A stretch of 64,000 nt of DNA from Blastocatellia bacterium (GTDB taxonomy: Bacteria > Acidobacteriota > Blastocatellia > RBC074): NCBI GenBank assembly GCA_038211695.1, contig JBBQVH010000010.1:2825-66824 (forward strand), given 5' to 3'. Made by a program: the position numbers and the translations under genes. The notes beneath the pieces are model-generated. The model ran no database searches. It was not told the DNA's origin and saw only the letters and a list, made by a program, of their open reading frames with translations. Of the stretch, positions 54,377 through 64,000 are shown piece after piece; position 1 is the first letter of the stretch; each line of letters opens with the position of its first letter.

Positions 54377-56939
54377 CGAATAAGAAACTTCCTGGGAGCG
54401 CAGTGCCTCCGCCGCTCGTGATGGTGACGGTCGCCGCGCCGCTGGCCGTGCCCGAAGGTAGCAGATAATTGACCTGTGTCGGCGAAACGAAAAAGAGCGC
54501 CGCCGCACGTTCGACGCCATCGCTGTCTTTCACTTTGGCACTGGTATCAGCCAACTTTATCGGCAGCGGATTCGAGGTGGCTATCTGAGTCGCAGTTGCC
54601 AGCTTTGATCCGAACGCCGCGATGATCGAATCGCTCGCGAAAGCCGAACCGGCGTAGCTGGCGGCGGAAACGTTCGAGATTGGGCGCGTGACTGAGGCGT
54701 CACTGATCTTGCTGACAAAGGCATCCGTCCCCGCACCGGGCAAGTTGCCCAGTCTCTGCTGAAATGCGTTTGAGGTGACCGGGAATTTGTCCGATTTGGT
54801 TTCTCCCGTGACGAAGACGTTGCCGTGTGCGTCTGCCGCAATACCTCTGCCCAACCCCTCGCCTATGACTACGGAATAGATAAACGCGCCGCCCGCCGGA
54901 TCAATCTTTGCCACGAAGACGCCGCCTGTCGCTAGAAACGGATTCTCCGTTGTTGTTCTGACAAACGTGTTGGCAGACACCGTTCCGGCTATACAGGCAT
55001 TACCCCCTGCGCCAACAGCGAGCGATGGCCCGTCATACGGTTCCCCCGCTGCGCCATTGATGTAGGTCGAATAAACGAGCGCGCTTCCCTGTGGATTCAA
55101 CTTCGTGATGAAGGCAGCCTGCGTTGTGGGCGCGCCGATGATCTCTGATTGCAACGCTCCGGGCGTGATCGGAAACCCGTTGCCTTTCGTGGTGATTCCG
55201 GTCACGTAAGCGTTGCCGGTCGCGTCAACCGCGATGCGCCCGCCGAATCCTGCGCCAAGCAGCGTCGAAAACCCAAGCGTTCCATCGGCTTTGAACTTCG
55301 TCACGAACGCCAATCTGTTCTCACCCGATGGGACGCATCCTTGCCCGGTGTCGCGGCGGTATGCGCCCTCGGTCGTTGGAAAAGGCTCAACGGGTGGCGC
55401 GTCGTTTCTGGAGCAGGAAGAACTCGTCGTGCCGCCGACGTAGGCATTGCCGCCTGCGTCCACCGCGATACCCGCGCCCGCCTCTCCGCTGCCGCTACTC
55501 AGGTAGGTCGCGTAAAGCAACTGAGTGGCTGTGGGATTCAGCTTTGCCACGAAGATGCTGCTGCTGGTGTTCTTCATCGTTTTCTGAAAAGCATCGGGTG
55601 TAACCGGGAAATTGCGTGACGATGTTTCGCCAGTCACCCAGGCTTGCCCTTGCCCATCTACAGCGACGCCGTTGCCTTCCGCCGCGCCGCGCCCAAGCAG
55701 TGTTGAATATGCCAATGTCGTGCCCTTGCTGTTGAGCTTGAATACGAAAGCTTCATTGCTGAACTGGCTGGGCAGAGAAAAAGGCTGAATCGTTCCGGCT
55801 GTAGTCGGGAAGTTTTCGCTGTGGGTTTGGCCAGCTACGTAAACGTTGCCCTGCGCATCAACCGCGATAGCCCGGCTGCGATTGTCGAGCGCGTAATTCG
55901 TACTTTGAAAGTCGCGTATGCCGCGCGTCCCGCCGATGATGACTGAATAAAGCACATCGCTACCGTCGGCACTCAGTTTGGTAACGAAGATGAATGCACC
56001 CGACTTGGTCGGCGGAGTCACCGTGGGCGGCGGCGCGCCAGGCACCATCGGGAAAGTGAACGGGAAATTTTCCGACAAAGTAGTCGAGCCGGTCACGTAA
56101 GCATTTCCCTCATTATCCACCGCAATCGCCTGGGCAACGTCCGCGTCCTGCCCGCCGAGAAAGGTCGAATAACTGAGCATTGGGTCTATCACCGGCGGCT
56201 TGCCACCATCGTAACGCGCGATGTCGAAACGCACCTGCTCCCCTTCGATCACGTAGCGACCGGTGATTTCATGCTTCTCGCCTTTTGTTTCCTGGTAAAC
56301 GAACGGTTTGGGCTGCCGCACTTCTCCCGCGCCGGTTTCGATCAGCAAATCGCCATCGGCTGCCAGCCCCAGCCTGCGCGCGCCCTTGAACCGCAGCTTG
56401 ATCGCCCGCGGATTCGCGCCCGGCGCGATGACGAAATCGTATTCAAGCTGCTGCCGTTCGCTGCCCCCGCCGTAAAAGAGCAGGTCAATGCCCGGATAGA
56501 CGGCTTCGTATTTGATCCCGGCGTACAGCGGCGCGTTCGTCACCCACAGCCGAGGATTGTCGCCGAGAAAGTAATGGCTCTTGCCCGGTAATTCGCCCAC
56601 GCCGCTGATGCGCGGTTGCGCGTTGGCACCGGCGAATTGCAGGCGAACCGGCCCCGCCGCCGCTTCTGTTGCCGTGAAAAAGAGCGCGCCGCCGCGCCCG
56701 CGGGCGATGAACTTGACGACGGACTGCGCCTGTCCGCGATTGGCCTCGAAGTGAAGTGGCGTCTGGCCGTAGGCAGCGTGATGTTCCGACACGGTTCGAT
56801 TGCGGCGCGGCGATGGGCTGCCGTCCGTGCCAGTGGCTTTCGACGCCTGCGGTAGCGATGCACCGAACGTAAAGGCGGCCAGCAGCCAGACCAGCAATCT
56901 TGAGGCGCATAATGAAAGTGAGGAATATGGGTGTTTCAT
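54330..56939 (-). CDS. Secreted SBBP (beta-propeller) repeat protein with a truncated Solibacter-type C-terminal domain
   Basis: Signal peptide, then more than 10 repeats of the G(N/Q)AYVTG...(S/T)xNFPxTxxAFQ type. The C-terminus aligns to only the first half or so of the C-terminal domain of the neighbouring paralogue, then stops. Confidence 0.75.
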   Translation of the reverse strand: MKHPYSSLSLCASRLLVWLLAAFTFGASLPQASKATGTDGSPSPRRNRTVSEHHAAYGQTPLHFEANRGQAQSVVKFIARGRGGALFFTATEAAAGPVRLQFAGANAQPRISGVGELPGKSHYFLGDNPRLWVTNAPLYAGIKYEAVYPGIDLLFYGGGSERQQLEYDFVIAPGANPRAIKLRFKGARRLGLAADGDLLIETGAGEVRQPKPFVYQETKGEKHEITGRYVIEGEQVRFDIARYDGGKPPVIDPMLSYSTFLGGQDADVAQAIAVDNEGNAYVTGSTTLSENFPFTFPMVPGAPPPTVTPPTKSGAFIFVTKLSADGSDVLYSVIIGGTRGIRDFQSTNYALDNRSRAIAVDAQGNVYVAGQTHSENFPTTAGTIQPFSLPSQFSNEAFVFKLNSKGTTLAYSTLLGRGAAEGNGVAVDGQGQAWVTGETSSRNFPVTPDAFQKTMKNTSSSIFVAKLNPTATQLLYATYLSSGSGEAGAGIAVDAGGNAYVGGTTSSSCSRNDAPPVEPFPTTEGAYRRDTGQGCVPSGENRLAFVTKFKADGTLGFSTLLGAGFGGRIAVDATGNAYVTGITTKGNGFPITPGALQSEIIGAPTTQAAFITKLNPQGSALVYSTYINGAAGEPYDGPSLAVGAGGNACIAGTVSANTFVRTTTENPFLATGGVFVAKIDPAGGAFIYSVVIGEGLGRGIAADAHGNVFVTGETKSDKFPVTSNAFQQRLGNLPGAGTDAFVSKISDASVTRPISNVSAASYAGSAFASDSIIAAFGSKLATATQIATSNPLPIKLADTSAKVKDSDGVERAAALFFVSPTQVNYLLPSGTASGAATVTITSGGGTALPGSFLFDVTTAEDQSRFEEPR

Positions 56940-56956
56940 AGTTCGTCTCTCTGGCT

Positions 56957-59900
56957 TTACTTAATCCACACTTTGACCGGGTTGGCCGGTTTGCCTTCCA
57001 CGCTCAGGGTGAAATCCACTTCGCCCCGGCCCGCCAGGGCGCGCGGCAACAGTAAATTGACCTGGTCCAGTCCGGCGAATTCGCCTTGAGCTCCCGCGAA
57101 GATCACCTGTGTGCTGACGCCGCCGAACTGTGCGCTGACGGCGGTCATCGCGCTGCGATTGCGAACGCCCGTGCCGAAACTGATCAGGTAAACCTGCTCG
57201 GTCGCTGCTCCCAAATCAATTGGAATCGGCACCAGTTTGTTTTGCATCGCATCGAAACGCGCGATGGGTTCGTAGCTTTGCGCGCCGTTGGCTTTGACGC
57301 GCAGCGCCACGCCCGCCAACAAACCGCGCCCGCTGGCATCGGCGGTGAACAATCCCGGCGCGGTCGCTTCGATCTGTAATCCGGAGCCGGATGTCATGCC
57401 ATCACCGCTGGTAATGACAACCGTGGCCAAGCCCGGTGCGACTTCCGGTGGAATCAGATAGTTGACCTGCGTCGGCGAAACGAAAAAGAGCGGCGCAAAA
57501 TACTCCTCGCTGCGGCTGTCCCGAATGATGACCGTTGTGCCGACCAGATACACCGGTAGCGGCATGGACGCCGCCACTTGCGTTTCCACCGCCAGTTTCG
57601 CGCCGAAGGCCGTGACAATTGAATCGGCGGCGAACCGCGTTGAGTCGTAACTGGCGGCGGAAAGATTCGCCAGTGGCTGCGGCAGAGGGGATCGCTTGAA
57701 GTGGGCGGACTGATTGGTACTCAAATTGGTGAAAGTTTGACTGCGCGGCACGAAATCCAGGCCCCCTTGTTTGGCGGGCGAAACCGTGTAATTCCCGCCA
57801 CCGGGCAAATCCTGGAACGAGTAGAACCCTTGCGAATTGGTTGTCGCCGTGGCCGTGCGTCCGCCGCTCAATCCCACTTTGGCGCCACTGAGGCCTACAT
57901 TGTTATCGTCCGTCAGATAACCGCTGATCTGAAACTTGTCCCCTGGCAGGGCAACCAAGGTGAAGAGAACGGTCTGACTTTCGCTGAGGTTATTGATGGT
58001 GAAGCTCGGCGGGCTGAAGGTGCGCCCGGGGAGCGTCGCGGTAATGACGTAGTTACCACCCGACGGCAAGTCTCCGAAGAGTATACCGCCGATGATATAC
58101 CCCCGGGTGCCACTGGCCGTGCCCATACAACTGAACTCCACGGACGGGATGGCGTATCCATTGGCGTCTAACGCCTTGGCAGCAATCTCGTAGGTGCTGG
58201 GGCGGGGGATTGGCGTCGGCACAGGCAGTGGCGAAGGAATCAATGGCTCGGCATTGGGCGCAGCGGCGATTTTCGTGGCGAAGGCATGGTTGTAGCCTTT
58301 GCCGGAGCCGGGCGGCAACTCTGTCAGTCCTTCGTAATGGGGCTGATAAGAACCGGGCGTCGTGGCGTAGCCAAATCTCGCGCCGCCAGTGATGTAGGCA
58401 TTGCCCACCGGGTCAAGGGCAATTCCATATGCGCGGCTGTCGTTGTTGCCAATCATCGTTGAATAAATCAGCCCGGTGCCCGCCGGGTTGAACTTGGTCA
58501 CGAATGCTCCCTTGCCGGTGGCAACCGGGCGATAACTGTCTGAGGTGACCGGGAAGCGTGGGGAGAATGCATAGCCGGTTACATAGGCGCTGCCCGCCGC
58601 ATCCACCGCGATGCCTCTGATCACCTCACGGTCATCCAGGCTGCCGAAGTACGTGGCGTAAACTAGTGCCGTCGCGTTCGGGTTGAGTTTCACCACAAAG
58701 CCGTCCGTGTTGGGGAAATCGCGATTGGGGCTGCCGCCTGTCGGCTGAAATGCGCCGGGCGTGGTCGGGAACTTCTCCCATTCACACGCGCCAGCGATAT
58801 AAGCATTGCCCTGTGCATCCACGGCAATGTGCTGATCCCAGTTGGAAAACGGCGCAACACCCAGCGTCGTCGAGTAGGCGAGCACGCCCGCGGCGCTGAA
58901 CTTTGTGACGAAGACATAGCCGGGCGCGTGATAAACGCCGGGCGTCAAAGGGAAACTCGTTCCGAAGTTGCGCCCGGTGACGTAGGCGTTGCCTTGCGCA
59001 TCCAGCGCGATGCCAGACCCCACGCCGCCAGCGGTGCCTTCAGTCGGGCTGAACGTGCCGCCCAAATAAGTCGAATAAAGCAGCGCACTGCCCGTCGCGT
59101 TGAGTTTGGTGACGATGACCGGCGCGCCGCCTTTGCTCAATTGTTGATATGCGTTCAAGGTTGTCGGATATCCATTGCCCGACGAAACACCAGTAATCCA
59201 AGCTTCGCCGGAGGCGTTGACCGCAATGGCAAAACTTTTATCACTACCAACGCCACTAAGTAACGTGGCATAGGCCAGCGCATTGCCGCTCGCATTGAGT
59301 TTAATTACGAAAGCATCCGTAGGCGGATGGCGGTCGTCAGTCCCCGGTGCGATGGTGCGCTGAAAGGCGTTGGGCGTCGTGGGAAAGTTCGCCGTCGTCG
59401 TTTCGCCCGTTACGTAAGCATTCCCCTGCGGGTCCACCGCGATTCCGTAAGCGCGGTTGTCCAGATAAAGGATCGGATTGCTGTCCGCTCCGTTGGAGAC
59501 ATAAAAACCGTTCGTGCCGCCGATCAACGCGGAATACAGCGCCGTGCTACCCGTGGGATCGAGTTTAACGACGAAGACGAATTGCGCTGACGGGGCAGGG
59601 TTTGTCTGCCTGACCGCGCCAGGCGTCGTTGGAAACTCACCGCCGCCATAACCGGTGATATAAGCATTGCCCTGCGCATCTACCGCAATTGCTTCGCCGT
59701 GTCCTGCGCCGCCGTTGCTGGTTGCGCCCAGATACGTGCTGTAGCTGAGCACAGGGTCAATCACCAGCGGGCGGCTCGCATCGTACGCGCCAACCCCGAA
59801 TGCGACTTCGTTTTTGCCCCGCAGCAGATAAGCGCCGACGACCTGCTGTCTGCGCCCGCCAATTTTCTGATAAACGACGGGCCGGTGCTGCCGAACTTTC

Positions 59901-60628
59901 CCAGCCGTTGTTTCAATCAGCAAATCTCCCTGTTCATCAAGCCGCAACTTCCGCGCGCCCGCAAAGCTCAGCTTGATGCGCTTTGGATCAGCGCCGGGTG
60001 CCAGGCGGAAGTCGTATTCCAGTTGTTGCTGATTGCCGTAGTAAATAACATCAATGCCCGGATAGACGCCTTCGTATTTGACCCGTGCGTAATTGGGCAC
60101 ATCGGTCTTCCACCCGTTGGCGTCGCTGCCGAGGAAGTAGTTGCTCCTGCCAGGCAGTTCGCCCGCGCCGGTGATGCGCAGATTTTGATTCGCGCCCGCG
60201 AGTTTCATTCGCAGAGTGGCCGATTGTTGGGTTGATTGCGGAGCGCGGAGTTCCGGCGGCGCATCAAGAGAGTTTTGCGCGCTCCCCATTGACCTTGAGC
60301 CGAAATCCGCTTTCCGCAATTCCATGACCGCCTCGTTGGCGGTCAGAAAGAAGGTGTAGTCTTGTCCGCGCGAAAGGAATTTCACACGGGCGGAGGTCTG
60401 TCCTTGATTGGCTTCAAAGCTTAACGGCAACTTGCCGTAATTTTCCTGGATCAGTGCTTTCTTTGCCGAGTCATTCGCGGCGGGTTTGTTCCCTTCGGCG
60501 CTGGCCGCCATTGAGCTTCCGAAGATCGGTTTCGGCCACGATGCTTGTAAATTCAGCGTCAACAAACAGATGGCCAACATGGCCTTCAGGTGGGATTTCC
60601 GGTGATTCGTAAATTTCATGAGATTCAT
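56957..60628 (-). CDS. Large secreted SBBP repeat protein with CarboxypepD_reg-like domains and a complete Soli_cterm-type C-terminal domain
   Basis: Signal peptide; many GNAY(V/I)TG...FPTTPGA repeats; FQISGYLTDDNNVGLSGAKVGLSGGRTATATTNSQGFYSF (CarboxypepD_reg); C-terminus ...QVIFAGAQGEFAGLDQVNLLLP...FTLSVEGKPANPVKVWIK. Confidence 0.75.
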   Translation of the reverse strand: MNLMKFTNHRKSHLKAMLAICLLTLNLQASWPKPIFGSSMAASAEGNKPAANDSAKKALIQENYGKLPLSFEANQGQTSARVKFLSRGQDYTFFLTANEAVMELRKADFGSRSMGSAQNSLDAPPELRAPQSTQQSATLRMKLAGANQNLRITGAGELPGRSNYFLGSDANGWKTDVPNYARVKYEGVYPGIDVIYYGNQQQLEYDFRLAPGADPKRIKLSFAGARKLRLDEQGDLLIETTAGKVRQHRPVVYQKIGGRRQQVVGAYLLRGKNEVAFGVGAYDASRPLVIDPVLSYSTYLGATSNGGAGHGEAIAVDAQGNAYITGYGGGEFPTTPGAVRQTNPAPSAQFVFVVKLDPTGSTALYSALIGGTNGFYVSNGADSNPILYLDNRAYGIAVDPQGNAYVTGETTTANFPTTPNAFQRTIAPGTDDRHPPTDAFVIKLNASGNALAYATLLSGVGSDKSFAIAVNASGEAWITGVSSGNGYPTTLNAYQQLSKGGAPVIVTKLNATGSALLYSTYLGGTFSPTEGTAGGVGSGIALDAQGNAYVTGRNFGTSFPLTPGVYHAPGYVFVTKFSAAGVLAYSTTLGVAPFSNWDQHIAVDAQGNAYIAGACEWEKFPTTPGAFQPTGGSPNRDFPNTDGFVVKLNPNATALVYATYFGSLDDREVIRGIAVDAAGSAYVTGYAFSPRFPVTSDSYRPVATGKGAFVTKFNPAGTGLIYSTMIGNNDSRAYGIALDPVGNAYITGGARFGYATTPGSYQPHYEGLTELPPGSGKGYNHAFATKIAAAPNAEPLIPSPLPVPTPIPRPSTYEIAAKALDANGYAIPSVEFSCMGTASGTRGYIIGGILFGDLPSGGNYVITATLPGRTFSPPSFTINNLSESQTVLFTLVALPGDKFQISGYLTDDNNVGLSGAKVGLSGGRTATATTNSQGFYSFQDLPGGGNYTVSPAKQGGLDFVPRSQTFTNLSTNQSAHFKRSPLPQPLANLSAASYDSTRFAADSIVTAFGAKLAVETQVAASMPLPVYLVGTTVIIRDSRSEEYFAPLFFVSPTQVNYLIPPEVAPGLATVVITSGDGMTSGSGLQIEATAPGLFTADASGRGLLAGVALRVKANGAQSYEPIARFDAMQNKLVPIPIDLGAATEQVYLISFGTGVRNRSAMTAVSAQFGGVSTQVIFAGAQGEFAGLDQVNLLLPRALAGRGEVDFTLSVEGKPANPVKVWIK

Positions 60629-60984
60629 TGCAACTACTCTCCAGCTTTAAGATTGAGCAGGTTGGGAAAAGAGAAACAGCTTGTATGGACGATCGGGCCT
60701 GGTGAAGATCGGTGGCGGACTGCCTTGTCATTGCCACTCACACCATAGTGGTCGGAACTTGGGGCAATCCCACACGGGCGAAGAAATTTAATTTGCGCCT
60801 CCTGGTGTACGCACAGCCTCCGGAGTGCGGACTTGTTTGAAGAGCCATTTGAATTCCACCAGGCCTGCCCGGCCACGCCTACACGCCGGAGGCGGTGTGT
60901 ACTCAGGCTGTCTTGCAAGTTCTACGGCGTGGGCGAATAATCCCGCGCTTCTGACATCAATCTAAAAATCTGTGACGCCATTTT

Positions 60985-61587
60985 ATGAAGCGAATTGGAA
61001 TTTTGATCTCAGGTCGCGGCTCGAACATGGTTGCGATTGCCGAAGCCGCGCGCGACGGGCGCATCGCAAATGCCGAAGTCGCGCTGGCCATCAGCAATAT
61101 TGAAACAGCGGCGGGGCTGCGGCGGGCGCGCGAGATGGGCATCCCGACGTTCGTTCACAGCCATCGCGGCTCGACGCGCGAACAGCATGACCGCGCGATG
61201 GCGGCTGAGCTTCGCGCCCGCGAAGTTGATCTGGTCTGCCTGGCCGGTTATATGCGGTTGCTCTCGCCGTGGTTCATTCGCGAATTCGAGCATCGCATCT
61301 TGAACATTCATCCATCATTGCTTCCGGCCTTCCCCGGCCTGGACGCGCAGAAACAGGCGCTGGATTACGGCGTCAAATTCACCGGCTGCACGGTGCATCT
61401 GGTGGATGAGGAATTGGATCACGGCCCGATCGTCAAACAATCAGTCGTGCCGGTGATGACGGGCGATACCGTCGAAACTCTTTCTGGCCGCATTCTTGCC
61501 GAAGAACACAATGCCTACAGCGAAGCCGTTGCGCTGATCGTCGGCGGAAAGTTTCGGATCGAAGGCCGTCGTGTGATTGAGCTTTGA
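60985..61587 (+). CDS. purN: Phosphoribosylglycinamide formyltransferase
   Basis: RIGILISGRGSNM...CLAGYMRLL...NIHPSLLPAFPG. Confidence 0.9.
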   Translation: MKRIGILISGRGSNMVAIAEAARDGRIANAEVALAISNIETAAGLRRAREMGIPTFVHSHRGSTREQHDRAMAAELRAREVDLVCLAGYMRLLSPWFIREFEHRILNIHPSLLPAFPGLDAQKQALDYGVKFTGCTVHLVDEELDHGPIVKQSVVPVMTGDTVETLSGRILAEEHNAYSEAVALIVGGKFRIEGRRVIEL

Positions 61588-61615
61588 AGTTGTTTCGCTG
61601 GAACGCCTGCCAGAT

Positions 61616-63049
61616 TCAACCTTCCACTTTCAATTCGTTGATCAAACGGTGCAGATATTGACGGCTGATTTTAAGCCTGTGCGCGGCTTCTGATCGCGAT
61701 GCGTTACATTCGCGCAAGGCTTGGGCGACCAACTGGCGTTTGAACTGCTGGAGAGCAGTTTCAAACGAAAGGTCAGGCGGCAACACGCCGTTGACCAATT
61801 CCACTTGGGGCACGGCGGTTTGTTTGGGCGTGTTCTGAACGGTGTTTTCCTGCGCAACGACTTTTGGCGGCAACAGGCTGTCATCCAGTATCGCGGATTG
61901 ATTGATGACTACGGCGCGTTCGATGACGTTCTCAAGTTCGCGGATGTTGCCCGGCCAGCGGTAAGCAACCAGGTTGTCCAGAAAACTTTGTGTTGGCGTT
62001 GACGGCTGCTTGCCGTGTTTGGCTGCGGCTTTGGTGGCGAAGTGGTTGGCCAAAATCGGAATATCTTCGGGGCGTTCGCGCAATGGTGGCAGTTCCAGAT
62101 TGATGACGTTCAAGCGGTAATAAAGGTCTTCGCGGAACTGTCCGGCTTCGATCATCTGTTCCAGGTTGCGGTTGGTGGCTGCCACGACGCGAATGTCGAC
62201 GGTGATTTTTTGCTGGCCGCCCAGCCGTTCGAATTCGCGCTCCTGCAAAACACGCAGCAACTTCACCTGCATCGCCGGCGTCATCTCGCCGATCTCATCC
62301 AGAAACAGCGTGCCCGTGTCGGCAAGTTCAAAACGGCCTTGGCGGCGCGTGGCTGCGCCGGTGAAGGCGCCTTTTTCGTGGCCGAACAGTTCCGATTCAA
62401 CCAGCGTTTCGGGCAGCGCGGCGATATTGCAGGCAATGAACGGAGCGCGCGCGCGCGGGCTGTTTTCGTGAATGAAGCGCGCCATCATCTCTTTGCCGGT
62501 GCCGGATTCGCCTGTGACAAGCACCGTCGCGCTGGTTTCGGCGACGGCGCGGGCTTGATTCATGACGCGCGCCAGCGTCGGGCTGGAACCGACGATTCCT
62601 TTCTGCCAGTCGCCGCTGCGGCGCAGTTCGTTGCGCAGGTCGAGATTGTCCTTTTCCAGCAGGTAATGCTGCGCGGCGCGGCGGACGATGATTTCGACCT
62701 CATCCACATTGAATGGCTTGTAGAAAAGATCATATGCGCCGCGTTGTACGACTTTCAGCGCCGTCTCGCGGTCTTCGTCGCCGGTGATGACAATGACCGG
62801 CAGCAGCGGATTGAATTTCCGGACGGCTTCCAGAACGGCCAAGCCTTCACTGATGTCGTCTTTATTGGGCGGCATGCGCAGGTCGCACAGCACGACGTCG
62901 AGCGGCTCCTGTTCGACGATTGCCAGTGCCTGTGTGCGTGAGTCCGCTTCCAGCACGCGGTAGTTTTCTTCCAGCGCCCAGTAAAGCTGTTTGCGCACGT
63001 TCTCGTGGTCGTCCACCACCAGCACGGTTTGTTTCGGTTGGTCAGACAT
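61616..63049 (-). CDS. Sigma-54-dependent response regulator (NtrC family: REC, AAA+ sigma-54 activator, Fis-type HTH)
   Basis: VLVVDDHENVR...DVVLCDLRMP (REC); GESGTGKEMMARFIH and GAFTGA (sigma-54 interaction); C-terminal HTH SRSEAAHRLKISRQYLHRL. Confidence 0.9.
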   Translation of the reverse strand: MSDQPKQTVLVVDDHENVRKQLYWALEENYRVLEADSRTQALAIVEQEPLDVVLCDLRMPPNKDDISEGLAVLEAVRKFNPLLPVIVITGDEDRETALKVVQRGAYDLFYKPFNVDEVEIIVRRAAQHYLLEKDNLDLRNELRRSGDWQKGIVGSSPTLARVMNQARAVAETSATVLVTGESGTGKEMMARFIHENSPRARAPFIACNIAALPETLVESELFGHEKGAFTGAATRRQGRFELADTGTLFLDEIGEMTPAMQVKLLRVLQEREFERLGGQQKITVDIRVVAATNRNLEQMIEAGQFREDLYYRLNVINLELPPLRERPEDIPILANHFATKAAAKHGKQPSTPTQSFLDNLVAYRWPGNIRELENVIERAVVINQSAILDDSLLPPKVVAQENTVQNTPKQTAVPQVELVNGVLPPDLSFETALQQFKRQLVAQALRECNASRSEAAHRLKISRQYLHRLINELKVEG

Positions 63050-63116
63050 AAATACTTTCGAGGTCGGCAGTTGGCAGGGCAGAAGGTTGAAAGATTTCCG
63101 TCCGGCTGCAACTGAA

Positions 63117-64000
63117 TTATGCGGTTGCCGATTTCACTTCGGCCTTTTGTTCTTCGATGTGTTGGGGAAGGACGATTCTGAATTCGGTGCCGGAATCCAC
63201 TTTGCTGCTGACCTCAATCCGCCCGTTGTGCTGTTCCACAATATCGCGGCATGAATAAAGGCCGAGGCCAATGCCTTTCTTTTTGGTCGTCGCGAAAGGA
63301 TGAAACAACCGGTCACGGACGAACTCTTCCGTCATTCCTTTGCCGGAATCGGCAACCGCCACAATTGCGGTTCCATTTTCTACCTTGGTCACCACTCGCA
63401 ACGATCCCCCGTCAGGCATGGCTTCCAGCGCATTGATAATCAGATTTTCAATCACGCGTTCGATGGCTTTGCCATCCACAGTGGCAAAGAGTTCCGGCGT
63501 CAGCTGAGTTGATACTTTGTACTTGCTGGTTGCTTGCGCGGCAGTGCGCTGCAAAACTCGTTCGACCAGCACCGTCAGATTCGACTTTTCGCGAATGCGC
63601 TTGGTCGGCGTGCGCGGGTCGGACATCTTCGAAACCAGACTCTGCAAATTGTTGACTGTTTCCGACAACGTTCGCATGGCGTCTTCGCGGAAGCCTTCGC
63701 GGTGGAACTTGCGCTCCATATTATTAACCAGCAGCGAGAGCGACAGAATTTGATTCTTCAGATCGTGCGTCAATACCGCCGACAATCGCGCGAACGATTC
63801 AAACTGCTTCTGCTCGCCTTCCTTGCGAATCATATCGCGCAGCCGCGAGGCCATGCGGTTAAACGATTCCGCCAGCACGCGCGTTTCGTCCTTGGCCTTG
63901 ATTTTGATCTGATACCCCAGATTGCCTGTGGCGATGGCTCGTGCTCCGCTGGTTACTTTGCGGATCGAATCGGTGATGCCGCTGATCAGGTAATACAGCG
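63117..64000 (-). CDS. Sensor histidine kinase, cognate to the NtrC-like regulator. The N-terminal portion runs off the window.
   Basis: H-box LTHDLKNQILSL; N/G boxes NLIINALEAM, VADSGKGM and GIGLGLYSCRDIV. The frame continues open beyond 63878 toward the window end. Confidence 0.75.
   Translation of the reverse strand, partial: LYYLISGITDSIRKVTSGARAIATGNLGYQIKIKAKDETRVLAESFNRMASRLRDMIRKEGEQKQFESFARLSAVLTHDLKNQILSLSLLVNNMERKFHREGFREDAMRTLSETVNNLQSLVSKMSDPRTPTKRIREKSNLTVLVERVLQRTAAQATSKYKVSTQLTPELFATVDGKAIERVIENLIINALEAMPDGGSLRVVTKVENGTAIVAVADSGKGMTEEFVRDRLFHPFATTKKKGIGLGLYSCRDIVEQHNGRIEVSSKVDSGTEFRIVLPQHIEEQKAEVKSATA

Noticed and set aside
62015-62941. 308-aa plus-strand ORF antisense to the NtrC-like regulator
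   Set aside because: The minus-strand gene has full REC, sigma-54 and HTH motifs. The plus frame is an artefact.

Overview
This 64-kb window is GC-rich bacterial chromosome, most likely from an Acidobacterium: two large secreted proteins carry SBBP beta-propeller repeats and one has a C-terminal domain matching the Solibacter C-terminal (Soli_cterm) family. The backbone is housekeeping: tRNA-Phe; rimO-pgpA-cinA-plsY-gpsA-smpB; pepA; a partial F1Fo ATP synthase operon (atpF'-atpF-atpH-atpA-atpG); purF, purM, purN; two APC amino-acid permeases; RseP; and an NtrC-type regulator with its kinase. Accessory material is inserted into it. The most notable accessory feature is an AT-richer island of about 5 kb (about 26.1-31.1 kb) inserted at the 3' end of pepA. 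It is bounded by imperfect direct repeats that both encode a PepA C-terminus. It carries a tightly coupled four-gene cassette: a Vsr mismatch endonuclease; a large protein fusing a MutL/MORC-type GHKL ATPase to a histidine-kinase core; a receiver-domain protein with an unrecognised C-terminal domain of about 270 aa; and a frameshifted Dcm-type C5-cytosine methyltransferase. I interpret this as a candidate undescribed defence or restriction module that signals in a two-component-like way within a Vsr/Dcm context. Downstream are two frameshifted DDE transposase insertion sequences (one with clear 15-bp terminal inverted repeats) and a small cluster resembling a mobile-element remnant: an HTH or excisionase-like gene, palindromic operator-like sites and a membrane/coiled-coil protein. 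A second candidate defence gene is a TIR-NACHT-FGE-sulfatase STAND NTPase (51152-54109). It sits beside a truncated Soli_cterm gene and an ECF sigma-factor fragment, which looks like an insertion scar. Three type II toxin-antitoxin pairs lie within housekeeping operons, and an unusual GCAATCC heptamer and inverted-repeat family brackets atpG. Many long antisense ORFs in the six-frame track are artefacts of high GC content.
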